Shown here: one piece after another, positions 13,046 through 25,600 of the stretch
Position numbering within the stretch: the first letter of the stretch is position 1
How the letters are laid out: each line of letters begins with the position of its first letter
Assembly: GCF_018350175.1 (NCBI RefSeq)
Contig: NC_058379.1
Location: forward strand, 29,760,001 to 29,824,000
DNA: 64,000 bases
Source: Felis catus
Taxonomy: Eukaryota
Direction: 5' to 3'
Notes under the pieces: generated by a model
Database searches by the model: none
Told to the model about the DNA's origin: nothing
Seen by the model: only the letters and a program-made list of their open reading frames with translations
Made by a program: the position numbers and the translations under genes

Positions 13046-13537
13046 AAAGAAAGGAGCAGGTCCCCTGGGAAGAGTTTTTTTCTGTCCCTGGAGCCCCATA
13101 ATCCCAGGGCCCCAGGTATCTCACCTGTCTAAGGTGAGAGTGACCAAGTGGAGAGTGAGTGGAGGCTCAGAGCTACACAGCTGCCCCTTAAAGTCAGCAG
13201 TCATCAGGATTGTGTTGGCAGGCTAGGTGGTAGACTGCAGTTCACAGGGGAAGTACCCGGATCCAGAAGAATGAAGTGATATGGGGGCCAGATGCTGGGC
13301 TGAGGGGAAAACCGAGGCTGCAGATGCACCTTTCATCTACCTGGGAGAGGTGACACGGAAGGGCTTTTGGGAGCATGGGGAACTGCCTGCTGTCCAGAGC
13401 TGAAGTGGAAAGGAGGATCCCCTGGGTGAACCAGCATGGCCACCATGGGAAAAGTCACAGAGGCTATAGATGGGGAAAGGGCTGCCCAAAGCCTGGACTC
13501 TCCCTGTGTTTCTCCCCGCTCTCCTCTGTCCACACAG

Positions 13538-13857
13538 GTCAGCCCAAGTCCGCACCCTTGGTCATGCTCTTCCTGCCCTTCTCTGAGGAGCTCAGAGCCA
13601 ACAAGGCCATCCTGGTGTGCCTCATCAGTGACTTCTACCCTGGCAACTTGACGGTGACCTGGAAGGCAGACGGGACCCCTGTCACCCAGGGCGTGGAGAC
13701 CACCAAGCCTTTCAAACAGAGCAACAACAAGTATGTGGCCAGCAGCTACCTGAGTCTGTCACCTGACAAGTGGAAATCTCATAGCAATTTTACCTGCCAG
13801 GTCACACACGAGGGGAGCACCGTGGAGAAGAGGGTGGTGCCCTCAGAGTGCTCTTAG
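13538..13857 (+). CDS. IGLL1: Lambda5 exon 3, C-lambda-like Ig constant domain
   Basis: Acceptor cacAG|GTCAGCCC. Translates [46 protein letters not shown]...[20 protein letters not shown], with both Ig cysteines, the Trp and the penultimate Cys intact. PLVxLFLP and PVTQGVETT resemble mouse lambda5 as I recall it. AATAAA at 13970-13975. Confidence 0.88.
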
Positions 13858-15649
13858 GTGCCTGAGACCCCCACCCACCCAAGAGGATGTGCAGCCAATG
13901 GACCTCCAGGAAGGTCTCTCCTCCCACCAGGATCATCCCAGCCCTTCTCCCTGCACCCAATCAATGCTCAATAAAAAGTCCTTCACTCAATCAGAAATCG
14001 TGTTCTCATTGGGGTTCATCACTTTGTGCCCTAAACTCAACCATCTTCAAACATGAACACCATTCTTTTCATCCTGTGGGAAAGGAGTTGGCAGAAGGCA
14101 TCCTCATGTTTTTTGAGGGGTAGTTTTACTCTCATCCAGAATTGCCAGAGAATATTCCAGAATAGGAGATATAAATCGAACCAAGATAGACTATCCTCCA
14201 CCATGTCTGTATGCTTGCTTTTCTTGCATGGACCACATCAGTCACCAGCAGTACTGAAGCCCGTGGACTCCTGGATAATGTCTGAGCTCCTCCCTGGACC
14301 TGGGGCCTCACTGTCTGCTATTAGACCCCCTCCTGAGATGTCCACTTTCCTTCCTTGAATGCCCCCACTGATGCCACCATGCAGAGAACGGACGTGCTGA
14401 GGATGCTGGGAGGCAGGCCAGGGCAGGGTCCCAGGGGCAAGAGTTCTCGAGGGTGGAGGAGTGCTCAGTGCCACAGGCAGGGGATAGGCAGGACAAGGGC
14501 ATGAACGCACATGCTGAGCCCTGCTAGTTGACTGGAATGTCCAGAGCCCAGGAGAGGGACAGGGATGGGGCTCAGAGGAAGCAAGCCCAGGGTTAGAACT
14601 CCTGAAGGCCTTGGCCCTGACCAGATCTGTGGTTCCAAAAGGCAACTGTACCCTAAGATATTATAGAGTGGCCTTATTGTGCCCATACTATTTATAAAAC
14701 ATGGGGACACATGTTATTCAGCTGAGCCATTCAAGGATTCTGTGAGGTTGACAGCCAGGATTATGGCCCCATTTCACAGGTAGGAAAACTGAGGCCCAAA
14801 ATTATTAACATACCAAAGAGCAAGACAGACTCAACTCCTACATGTCCCAACTCCTAGTCTGGGGCCTCCCATCTGATAGACAGGGAAACTGAGTCCAGCA
14901 GAGGATGGGGCCTACCTGAGCTCACATAGAACTGCTCCTGTATGGAGAGCTGCCCTCTGCCAAGCACCAGGCATGCTCACATGGGGTGACCTCCCTCTGT
15001 CATTCTGTGGCCCCAACTCCCTTTCAGAAGCGCAGAAAGGAAGCCCAAGAGTGGATGGCAGGCTGAGCCGGGGCTGCAGACCCCAGTGACGGTCCCTCTA
15101 CTCATGGGTGACTAGAGGGAGGGCCAGCAGGCAAAGGTCCTGGGGGAAACTCTGTGGTAGGAGCCCATACCCTAGATTTGGGCAGGCTGGGATCCTCACC
15201 CACATGCATCCCTTCTCAGCCTTTGACCTTGGGTGACATGCAAACCCTCTGTGGGCCTCAGTTTCCTCAGCTGTACAAGGGGGAGATAACTAGTCTCTCC
15301 CCCACAGGGTAAGTGTGGGGATTCAAGACAATGTCTGTGATGTACCTGATCCACAATGACCCTCACTAACCCCCCCAGCTATTGCTGTCATCTCCTGGGC
15401 TCTTGCCCAGGGGATGCCTCTGACATGCTATGTGACTGTGAGCAAGTTGCTTCCCCTTTCTGGGCTCCAACGTTTCCCTCTGCCCAAGGACTGCTGGGTG
15501 AGAGGCTTCAAGGGCCAGCCTGCCAGGAAATAGGAGGATAACTACATAAAGGAATTTGGCATGGAGGCCCTGGGCCTGCAGGGGCAGTGAGGCATAAAGC
15601 TAAAGGGGGTTAGAGTAAGTTGCCTCCCCCAATTCTAGTGGCCTTGCTG

Positions 15650-15800
15650 GCCACCCATGGGAACCCCCAAGCTAAAGTTAATCTTAACTTTGATCTAAAC
15701 CAGAACTCAGGATGATAAAAGGGGAGAAATAAGGGGAAGAGAAACTGACCCTATGGTCAGTGGGGCGTGGGACAGGTGACAAACAGAGCCAGGTGTGGCC
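15650..15800. promoter_or_regulatory. Ig-lambda 3' enhancer-like module (EBF-like site, lambdaA-like, lambdaB/EICE, E-boxes)
   Basis: CCCATGGGA 15654-62; CAAGCTAAAGTTAATCT 15668-84; GAGAAATAAGGGGAAGAGAAAC 15724-45 containing GGAAnnGAAA at 15735-44; CAGGTG at 15773-78 and 15790-95. Confidence 0.65.
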
Positions 15801-16102
15801 CAGGAAAGGGACAAGCAGATTCAAGGTTATAGCTGGAGGTTTGTGTAGCTCACAAGAGAGGGTAGCAGAGTCCTCACCCTACACTCAGCCCTCTCCCCAC
15901 CCCAGCCTGGGCCTGGTGCTGGTCCCTGGCTGCCTCCCGGAGCTCTGCTCAGAATCCTGGAATCCTAGAGGGCATACCTCTGGGTCTCTCACCTCCTTCT
16001 TCCAGGACCTTCACTAAGTGCAGTCTCTTCCTAGGACTGCAGACTCTTTATCTCATCTTCCACCCAGTACCTGGTAACTGCAAGGCTACCAAGAAAGTTT
16101 GA

Positions 16103-16420
16103 AGGAAGGAAGGGAAGGAAGGAAGGAAGGAAGGAAGGAAGGAAGGAAGGAAGGGGTGAATAGATAGATATGTGCATGGGTGAATGATTGATGGATGTGT
16201 GGGTGGATGGATGGATGGATGGATGGGTAGTTGGGTGGGTGGGTGGGTGCATGAACAGAGATAGGTGGATGATTGATAGATGTGTGGGTAGATGGGTGGA
16301 CGTGTAGATAGATGGATGGATGATTGATGGATAGGTGATGAGTAAATGTATTGATGAGTTCATGGGTAGGTTAGTAATTGGATGGGTAAATGGGTGGATA
16401 GATAGTTGGGTGGGTGGATA
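16103..16420. repeat. (GAAG)n followed by degenerate (TGGA)n simple repeat
   Basis: Seen directly; a similar (TGGA)n tract lies at ~11480-11555. Confidence 0.9.
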
Positions 16421-16554
16421 GATCCTAACCATGAGAAACACAGAAACTTGGTGCCTGGCAGTTCTGTGCAAAGTGACTGAACCCGACACTTGGGTGCTGA
16501 TGCTGATGCTGACTTGAGTGTGACCTTGGGGCCATCATCACCTGAATGCACTAG

Positions 16555-17320
16555 CAATGAGCAATCTCAAAAAGGAAATTAAGACAATCCCACTGACAAT
16601 AACATCAGAAAGAATACAGTTCCTAGGAACACATTTAACCAAGCTGGTGTGAGGTTTGTGCACTGAAAGATGGAAATGCAAGCACCCTGAAGAGCCAAAA
16701 ATATCTTGAGGGGCGCCTGCATGGCTCAGTCAGTTGAATGTCCAACTCTTGATTTCGGGTCAGGTCATGATCCCAGGGTCATGGGATAGAGCCCCATGTT
16801 GGGCTCCATGCTGAACCCATGGGGCCTGCGTGGGATTCTCTCTCTCCCTCTGCCTCTCTTCCCCACTCATGCTCTCTCTCTCTCCTGCTCTCTCTCTCTC
16901 TCCTTCTCAAATAAAATTTTAAAAAGTATCTTGAAAATGAAGAACAAAGTTGGAGAACTCACACTTTCCAATTTCAATGCTTAGTAAAAGCAACAGTAAC
17001 CAAAATGCAGTCCTGGCATAAGAATAAGGATCAATGCAGTGGAATTGAGAGTCCAGAAACGAAACCATACACCTGAGCCAACTGATTTTTTTAAACAATT
17101 TTTTAGAGAAGTTTTAAGCTCACAGCAAAATTAAGAGGAAGGTGCGGGAATTTTCTGTTTACTGCCTGCCGCCACACATGCACAGCCTCCCTATTATCAG
17201 TCTCCCCCTCCAGAGGGTGCTTGTGTCACAACTGACGGACCTACATTGACCAGTCATTATTGTCCAAAGCCTAGAGTTTACATTATGGTTCACTTTTGGT
17301 ATTGTGCCTTCAAAGGTTTG
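16555..17320. mobile_element. Old L1 fragments with an inserted SINE (~16710-16920)
   Basis: ORF2-like peptide (ILKMKNKVGELTL) and an antisense L1 3'-UTR-like tract. Confidence 0.6.
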
Positions 17321-18163
17321 GAGTCAGCCAAAGGACCTGGAGGAGCTAATCTTGGGAGGAAAGATCCAGGCCTGGGAGATATTTCTCTCCTATCTTGGGA
17401 CCATCCTGATGGAAAGTAGTCTCTGGGGCCCCTAAACTTCAGGCTCAGGTGGAAGCAATAGAGTGTGGACGAGCTCAGCTCAACATAAGGGAAAATCGCC
17501 TTATTTGTATTCTGAGTTCTTATTAAAATACAATTCGTTCATCTTGGTCTTTAGTTTAAAAATAACAACAGCTCACTCCAAATAATGTAGAAAGTACAGA
17601 AACGTGAACAGAAGAGAAAATCCCCCCCTCATACTTTGCCCAGAAGAACCACTGCTGATATTTTGATGTACTTCCTCTACTTTAACCGTAAACTAGAACA
17701 ACCATAAAAAGTATACATAAAATGTATTTGTAAAGTTTAAAAAGTAATAATAAAATAGGTCATGTACCACCTTAGAATCTGAACGTGACCAGGACCTCAG
17801 GAGCCCTTGCGTTAACCATCTCTATACTTTTTCCCATAGTTTTATGTCCTCTGGGTGCCATTGAAACAACTGTTTTTCAGCTTCATCTGTTTTTGAACTT
17901 CATATAGATTCAGTGAGACTGCATGTGTTTTCTCTCTCTCAAGACTGTGTCTTTCATATCCATCCATGATGAGGCTCCTCTTCACTGCTGGTGGAGTAGC
18001 CACCACCTGGCTGTGTGCCCAGTCCTCGGTGACACTAGGCAGGTCTGCCTGAGGAGCCGGCCCGCCACCACCTCTGGAGCCCCAAGTGAGGGTTTCTTCG
18101 GGGCTCTATCATCATGCAACCCATTGTTTTGATTTGTTTTGTCTTTAAAAATGGAGACAGCTT

Positions 18164-18395
18164 GGGGCGCCTGGGTGGCTCAGTCGGTTGAGCGTCCGAC
18201 TTCGGCTCAGGTCATGATCTCGCGGTCTGTGAGTTCGAGCCCCGCGTCGGGCTCTGGGCTGATGGCTCAGAGCCTGGAGCCTGCTTCCGATTCTGTGTCT
18301 CCCTCTCTCTCTGCCCCTTCCCCGTTCATGCTCTGTCTCTCTCTGTCTCAAAAATAAATAAACGTTAAAAAAAATTAAAAAAAAATAAAATAAAA
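18164..18395 (+). mobile_element. SINEC
   Basis: Full length; TSD TAAAAATGGAGACAGCTT. Confidence 0.9.
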
Positions 18396-19860
18396 ATGGA
18401 GACAGCTTAGTTTTTTTCCTGTTACAAAGAGGAATACAAAGATTCTTTTAAAATAAAACAGAAGAAAAGTATAAAGAAATTGCTAGCACAGCCTGGAGAC
18501 TGTGCTGGTTGTATCTGGTGTTTGTCCTTCCAGACTTGACCTTGCATTTCACATAGACAACAAATAGATGATAGATGATAGGTAGATAGATGGACGATAG
18601 ATAGATAGAGAGCTTTCTTTTGTCACTGAACAGCACACCCACCCAGGGGCAGGTAAACCTGGGCGTGCATCACACTTGTGAACCTGAGGTTCTAACAACA
18701 CTCAGGCAGCCTGTTCTGGGTTCCACTAGCGCCACCATTCCATACAAGATGCAGCCAACACCCCTGGCCTCCATCCCTATGCACTTGTCCCACCACTGAC
18801 TTTGAGTTGACCATTGCCACACTGATCAAAGGTCATGCCTGTCTAAGGCTCTGGAAGCATGTTACAGACTGACTTCCAGAAAGGCAGCACCCCACTCCTC
18901 AGAGCCCAGAAGGCCCCCCTGGAACCTAAGAAAGGGACAGCATGGACATGGATAGACAGGCACCCAAGGACATTGCCCTTCTATCTGTCCCACCCTGACT
19001 CTTGCTCTGCTCTGAGGCAGGAGGCAGAGAGGGGCTCTGAGGTTTCTTCCCAGTTCCTGGGGGCATCCACCACAGAGTGGTCCCTCCTCAGGAGGTCTCA
19101 GAGGAGGCAACCTCTCCCCAATGGTTGCCTCTCCCCAATGGTGTTTCCTTGGCAGCACCGAGCCCCAGGTGGAAGGAGAAGGCTTGGGACTGTGAGCTCT
19201 GGGGGGTGCTGGGAGGGTGTCAGGGCTGCGAGTGGGGGGCTGTGGACCGGGGTCTGTGGGGTCTGCACATGTTGGGCTGTGGGAAGGTGCAAGAGGCCTG
19301 CTGCTGATCCCCACAGTCAGGGCCCCAGGAGGTATTTGGTCTCCTCTGCCCGAGATAACACATGGCTGCTCAGTTTCTGAGGCCAGAGGCCCAAGTCTGG
19401 CCTTCCTGGGGCACCTGCCCTTGATGTGGAGGTTGGAGGGAGGAGCTCCAGCCCCAGCACCTCCAGCAGCAGGGCCTGGGGCTCCCACTCTGGGAATGGG
19501 TCTGAAAGCCTTGGCTGTCAGGCCCAGCAGGGGTCCCAGTTGCCCCAGGAGACAGAGGGGAGCTTGAAGGGGGTGGGGTCACTGGGACCTTAGAGACTGG
19601 GCTCCACCCACTCAGCTTTCACAGCAGAAACTGAGGCCCACAGGGGGCAAAGGACTTGCCTAGGTTACACTGTGAGCCTGGCTACCAGCTTCTAGGCCCA
19701 GTGCTCTCCATCACATGGCACTCACATGTCCTTGGCCCTGAGGGGCCCCCTCTCTGCTGGGCCTCAGCCCTGTAACCTGCACCCTGGGACACAGCATCGC
19801 TTCTGGGCTGTGGAGCTGAAACACATTCAAGCACATCCTGGCTCAGTTGGCACTTGTCAC

Positions 19861-20110
19861 TGTGCAAATCAATAAAGGGAAACCTCACTAAAGTGGACCC
19901 TGGAGGATAGAAGGCGAGGCCAGAAAAGAGAGCTGTACCACTCAATGTCAATTATAGGGAGAACAGTCAGTTACAGACCTCAAATGAAGAATCATCAACA
20001 GAAAAGAATGACCACAATTACAGGCCCAAAGGGACAAGACGTACCTTGAAACTTCTGTAATAAACCTACCCCGTCTGCAACTCAGCCAATGAGAAACTAT
20101 CCTCACCCTC
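19861..20110 (+). mobile_element. Truncated LTR of the same family as the 22.6-31.9 kb provirus
   Basis: Starts TGTGCAAATCAATAAAGGGAAACCTCACT and shares CAATTACAGGC, CCAATGAGAA and TCACCCT blocks with both proviral LTRs. Confidence 0.75.
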
Positions 20111-20435
20111 CCCTCCAGCCACCTCTCCTTCAAGGCCTGGGGGAGCCAAGTGAGCCCACTACCCCACACCCACATTCCAGGTTCCTTCTGATGGGCCAGG
20201 CCCACCCTCCTAGCACTGCCCTAGCCCAAACACCTCAGGTCCACGCCTGAGGAGAGGAGCTTGGGTCTGTCAGGAGCTGATGGCCAAGTGGTCAGGAGCC
20301 CAGCCAGGAAGTCACCATGCATGGTGCAGAGGTATCACCCACACAAGGATGTCACCATCTTACCCAGCTGTCCTCCATGGGCCACATGGTGTCCTGGCTA
20401 CATTCCTGGCCAAGACATCCCTGAACAATGCTCTG

Positions 20436-20496
<61 letters not shown>

Positions 20497-21739
20497 TTCG
20501 GGTTCTCAGGATCCTCCCAGAGCCCCAATGCTGGGCCTTCTCCCAGGGGAGGGGTGGGACAGAGGAGCTTAGGGTCTTGAACCTCCAGGTCCCCCCAACA
20601 CAGGGTGCACAGACTGCCCCCCACCATGAGGGAAGAAAGCATCATGGGGAAAAGGAATTTCCAGACCAGAGGGTCCCTGAGAGGGGTCTCCTCCATGCTA
20701 GATGCGGGGGAAACACAAAAATACCAAGAACACTGACATGGTTGTGGCACACTCACCACACATAAGCAACAAATCCTAACCTGTGGTCAACCAGCTCCCA
20801 GCTTTCCGTAAGAGAAGAAAAACAGCTGGCCAAGCTGGACTCCCTTGTTCCGCCCTTGTCTCCTAGTTCTATGTACTCCCTATTCTTGGAAAGAAACCCA
20901 GTGTCATTCATTACACACGTAGCTACTGATCTGCTCTGAAGCCTGGCATTGCTTTAGGCCCTGGGGACATGACTGTGCTGAGACCAAGTCCTGAAGCAAA
21001 GTTCCAGTGGGTGGCAGAGGTCAGAACAAAGACATGTTATGTTGTAGTATGTGGTGTGATGAGTTCTTTAGGAAAAGGGAGAGGTTAAGGGAAGAGTGTG
21101 GCAACTGTTAGCTTAGATGGACGGTCAGGAGAGGCTACTCCTGAAGGAACTGAGAGGATCAGCCAGGGAAGGTGCTTGGGGAAGAGTGCTCCCTTGCAGA
21201 AGGAACAGCAAGTGCAAAGGTCCTGGGGAGGGATGTGCCTGACAAATTGCAGGAACAGCAAGGAGGCCAGTGTGGCCTGATTACAAGGAAGGCTGGGAGG
21301 CGGCAGAGGGAGCCAGAGTGTCCTTGGGGCCTTGCAATTTGTGCAGAGCATCTTGAATTTTGTTCCAAGTTTTTAAATGTACCCGAACATCATGTCGACA
21401 TATCTTGTTCCTTCTAACTTTCTACGTATAATCAACCAGGCTCTAACCACTGAGCTCATGGCTCCGTGTGTGAATAGACAGTATGGTACTGGCCATCCGG
21501 GTAGATGGATGAACATTTGGGCAGGTCCCATTCCTCCTTCACAAACACTGGCCCAGGGAACCCCTGCGCATCTCTAGTGCACACAGCAGACCTAGAACTG
21601 CAGGGACACAGGGAGTCTCTATTCCTGCAACCGCGGGGACATGGGATGTCTATGTTCACTTTTGCTATGAGCTGCAGCCAGCTCTTAGGAGCAGCCGGAC
21701 TAATTTACTGCCTGGAGACAGGTCATGGCCCCACTCTCC

Positions 21740-22400
21740 ACGTTCGTGCGCTTCCTTGGATTTTTGACGTTCCCAGGTTGCTGCCCCCGCGTTGTGCATC
21801 ACCCTCTCCCCCTCCTCGGGCGCCGCCGCAGCACTGGGAACCCGGGTAAAGCCCACTGGCGTCAATCGGCAGTCACTAAGTCCCGCCGTCCTTGTCCTCA
21901 TTCTACCCTGCCTACTATGACCCTGGATTCTGGAACTTCAGTTTCCCGTGGCCTCACTCGGAATTCCCTGAGCCCTCCCCGCGGTCCTGGTCTCCGCTCC
22001 TTCGTGTCCGCGCCCTGGAGCCCCCACCTGAGCATCTAGCGAGGGGACAGAGACCCCTGGCGACCGAAAAGGGTAAGGTGGGTCCAGGAGCCCGGGTGGG
22101 GATGCCGGGGGCTAGAGAGGGATGGCGTGGGGCGACCCTCGGAGAGCACAGAGAACCCCGGACCACCTCCCTGGGACTCACGCTGTGGACAGAAGCTGGG
22201 CTAGCGGTGTGCCCAGAAGGGGGCCCTCTCCGGATCGCCCCCCAGTGTGGGCAGGGCAGCCCGGCTTCTGGGGTTGAAGGCAGGAGGGTCCTGGAGCCCA
22301 AGGAACACCTCTTCCTCTCAAGCTGCAGACCGTCGCCGGCCCCGCCCACTCTCCCACCAGGTTCCCATCCTGCCTGGGGTTCTCTTTCTTAGCCCGAGGT
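21740..22400. promoter_or_regulatory. Orphan CpG-rich island
   Basis: Dense CpGs against CpG-poor flanks; no recognisable CDS. Confidence 0.5.
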
Positions 22401-22656
22401 TCTTCCGTGTATAGTAAGGGTCCTCCCTTGGCTCCAGAGGACCAGTGAATGAGAGTGAAACAGTGTGAGGCTTGGACAGGAGGGTGAGGAGTCAAGAAAG
22501 TGCTTGTCTGAGGGATTGTGTGTGGGGTGAGTGTTTGTAGGCGTCTGGGTGTAAGCAAGTGTGAATGTATGTAGGTGATGTTCATTCCTCTCCCAGCTGA
22601 TTCACATATGTCTCTTTCTCTTCCCCTCAAAGAAAAACCAGAGCCGCAGAGAAGTT

Positions 22657-25600
22657 TGTGAAAATTAATAAAGGGAAACTTTCCTGAAATGGAGTGGCAG
22701 CAGCTCTCAAGACCTACCATTAGACTCAAGGGTTGTCAGTTACAGATCCTCAACAGAAGCATCAACAGGAAAGAATCATCAATTATAGGCCTCAACAGAG
22801 AAAGCTGGGCATTGTATCTCCTACAAGAAACTGACCACCCAGCTACTCCGCCAATGAGAAGCCTTCATCACCCTGAACGCTTGTCTTTCTCCAATGATCT
22901 CCTTCAAAACAACCCCTCCCAACTTCCTCCTTCTCCATATGATAATGTTTCTCTCCTTTGTTGGACTAGCCTATGGTTGTTTCCCCAGCTTGAATTGCAG
23001 TATTCTGGTATTCCCTAATAAACCCATTTTTGCTGGGAACATGAAATGCTTTTTTAAGGTCAACATTACTTGGAGATCAGAAGTAGGATCCAGAGAAGAC
23101 CCCCACACACACACACAATTCCGAGGCTGGTGAGCAAACAGGTGATGGTACCCGCAGAGCTCACTGCTTTCTTGTTGAGTTTGAGGATAAGTCTCTCCTG
23201 GATTTGGAGCTCCACTTTCTGCATTTTGAGCTTTCTAGGATTCATTTGGGATTGATTTTAGAGCTTTCTTTGTTCTTTCTGAGAGTACTCATTTGGACTT
23301 TGGTCCAATTTCCTATTTATGTTATTTTATTATTATTATTTTAAATGTTTATTTATTTTTGAGACAGAGAGAGACAGAGCATGAACAGGGGAGGGGCAGA
23401 GAGAGAGGGAGACACAGAATCTGAAACAGGCTCCAGGCTCTGAGCTGTCAGCACAGAGCCTGACGCGGGGCTCGAACTCACGGACTGTGAGATCATGACC
23501 TGAGCCGAAGTCGGACACTTAACCGACCAAGCCACCCAGGTGCCCCTATTTATTTATTTTAGAGAGAGAGAGGGCAAGTGAGAGAGAAGGGCAGAGAGAG
23601 AGAAAATCCTTCTTTTTTAAATTTTAAATTTATTTTGGGAAAAAGAGAGTGCGCATGTGTACACAACCAGGGGGAGGGGCAGAGAGAGAAGAGAAAGAAT
23701 ATCCTGAGCAGGCTCTGGGGCTTGAACTCACCAACGGTAAGATAATGACCTGAACTGAAATCAAGAGTTGGATTCTTAACTAAGTCACCAGGTGCCCTGA
23801 GAGGGGGGTGGGGGAGAAAGAAGGAGGAAAAGAGAATCTTAAGCAGACTACACCCTCAGTGCGGAGCCTGATGTGGGGCTGAATCCCAAGGCCCTGGGAT
23901 CACAACTTGAGCCAAAATCAAGAGTTGTAGGCTCAACCGCCTTAGCCACCCAGGTGCCCCTGTCCAGCTCCTTTTTAGAACCAGCTATTTCTATTGAAAC
24001 TGTCCTAGCCCTTGGTCTGATTTCTTTTGGAGCCAGACTGTGCCTATTAAAACTGTGTTGTTTATGAATTTTTCTGCTCTAGATAAAAACCTCTAAGAAA
24101 TGGGGTCCCAGCCCTCAAAATGCTTTAAGAGGGCCCTCCCCTTCTGGGACCCTGGCCAGTTTTATCTTTAAAAACTGTGCACATTTCTCATGCACATTTC
24201 TAACTAAATGGACTGACTTGATCAAAAGTAATTTAAGAACACCCATGGCCATTATGGAGAATTTGAGGCCACTCTGGCCATCATGGGGATTTTTCAGTCT
24301 CTCCATACGTCCTTTTCTCAAAACTGAATTGGGCAGCCATGCTTCTAAAATTGTCAAAACTGAATGGGATGGTATTCAGTTCTATTTGGATTGGTTTTGA
24401 AGCTTTCAAATATTATCAGGAATCTAAAATTATCTCTGCAAAATACAGTTTCTAGGCTGAGACAAAGACAAAAAGGCATCTGAGGCCTGTTTTCCCCTCC
24501 CTGTTTTCTTTGTCTCCAAATACACAGCAGCCATTTCATCAGGCCCCACTTTGGGTGCTATCTTCTTCCCCTCTGCACCACCTCCATCTCCTCTATTTCC
24601 TCAGTTTCCCCATCCAATTATCCTGCCCAAATGTCCTGAACCTCTCCTTGCTCCATCCTACTTTGAACCTATCAGAACCTGCCCCTTTATTTTATTTTTT
24701 TTAGTGTTTTACTTACTTTTGAGAGAAAGAAAGAGAGAGAGGCCAAGCACAAGCTGGAGATGGGCAGAGAGAGAGGGAGACACAGAATCAGAAGCAGGCT
24801 CCAGGCTCCAAGCCGTCAGCACAGAGCCCAATGTGGGGCTTGAACTCACGAACCGTGAGATCATGATCTGAGCTGAAGTCGGACGCTTAACCTACTGAGC
24901 TACCCAGGCACCCCAGAACCTGTCCCTTTAAAGTCAAACCTTCTGAGGATCCAAATTAATGCCAAATATCTTCCGTTCCCGGGACTAAGGCCGAATTTGG
25001 AGCCATAATCAAAGTGTTTCCTAAATTGACTGAGGATCCCCATAAGTTTGCTGAGGATTTTAATAGAGTTGTTAAAACTTACCAACCTCATCTCTCAGAT
25101 TTGGACCAGTTAATCCAGTGTTTGTTGGTGAGGGGCAGGCCAAACATTGGGGGATGAAACTTGCCCAATGGGAACATCCTGAAAGAGAAAAACAAAACCT
25201 AACTTTTGACAAAAATGTTAGAACACTAGCTGAAAACCTCCACTGAGCTTGTACAATAGCTTTGTGTAAGCTTGTTGATTGGAATGAAATTCAGGCTTGC
25301 TCACAAAAATTTGATGGATCTGTTTGTGACTATTGTAATCAACATTTGTTTGTTTTCAAAGAATATTCTGGTCTTCCTTTAGATGTTGAAAACACTCGGG
25401 TCACCTTAATGCCATGTTTATTAAGGGGCTGAACTGGGATCTTTCTCTTTTAGTTAAAACAACCAGGATGCAATGGGAGACTATGTCCCCTCCAGATATA
25501 ATCAGTTTGACAAACCAGCTTTCACACCCCAGATGAGACACCTAGAAGAAACACTTCTAAAATTCTTAATTTTCACCTCTCACCAGTGGAGGCCCCTGGA

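Noticed and set aside
13375-13537. N-terminal part of the 160-aa ORF preceding the C domain
   Set aside because: Intronic read-through; the true exon starts at the acceptor at 13538.
19413-19560. Minus-strand peptide LGPLLGLTAKAFRP...GAPGP...SNLHIKGR ending GGCAG|GT, loosely like IGLL1 exon 1
   Set aside because: Wrong strand and downstream of exons 2-3. No in-frame ATG before an upstream TGA, a weak donor, and patchy similarity in GC-rich DNA. Worth one BLAST, but not supportable by eye.
18859-19567. Long overlapping ORFs (173, 208 and 116 aa), and similar ones at 21.9-22.7, 46.4-47.5 and 52.1-52.7 kb
   Set aside because: Stop-poor GC-rich sequence with low-complexity Pro/Gly/Ala products and no recognisable domains.
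20261-20430. WATWCP thioredoxin-like motif in a short ORF
   Set aside because: Lacks the second Cys and any surrounding fold; the ORF runs into a microsatellite.
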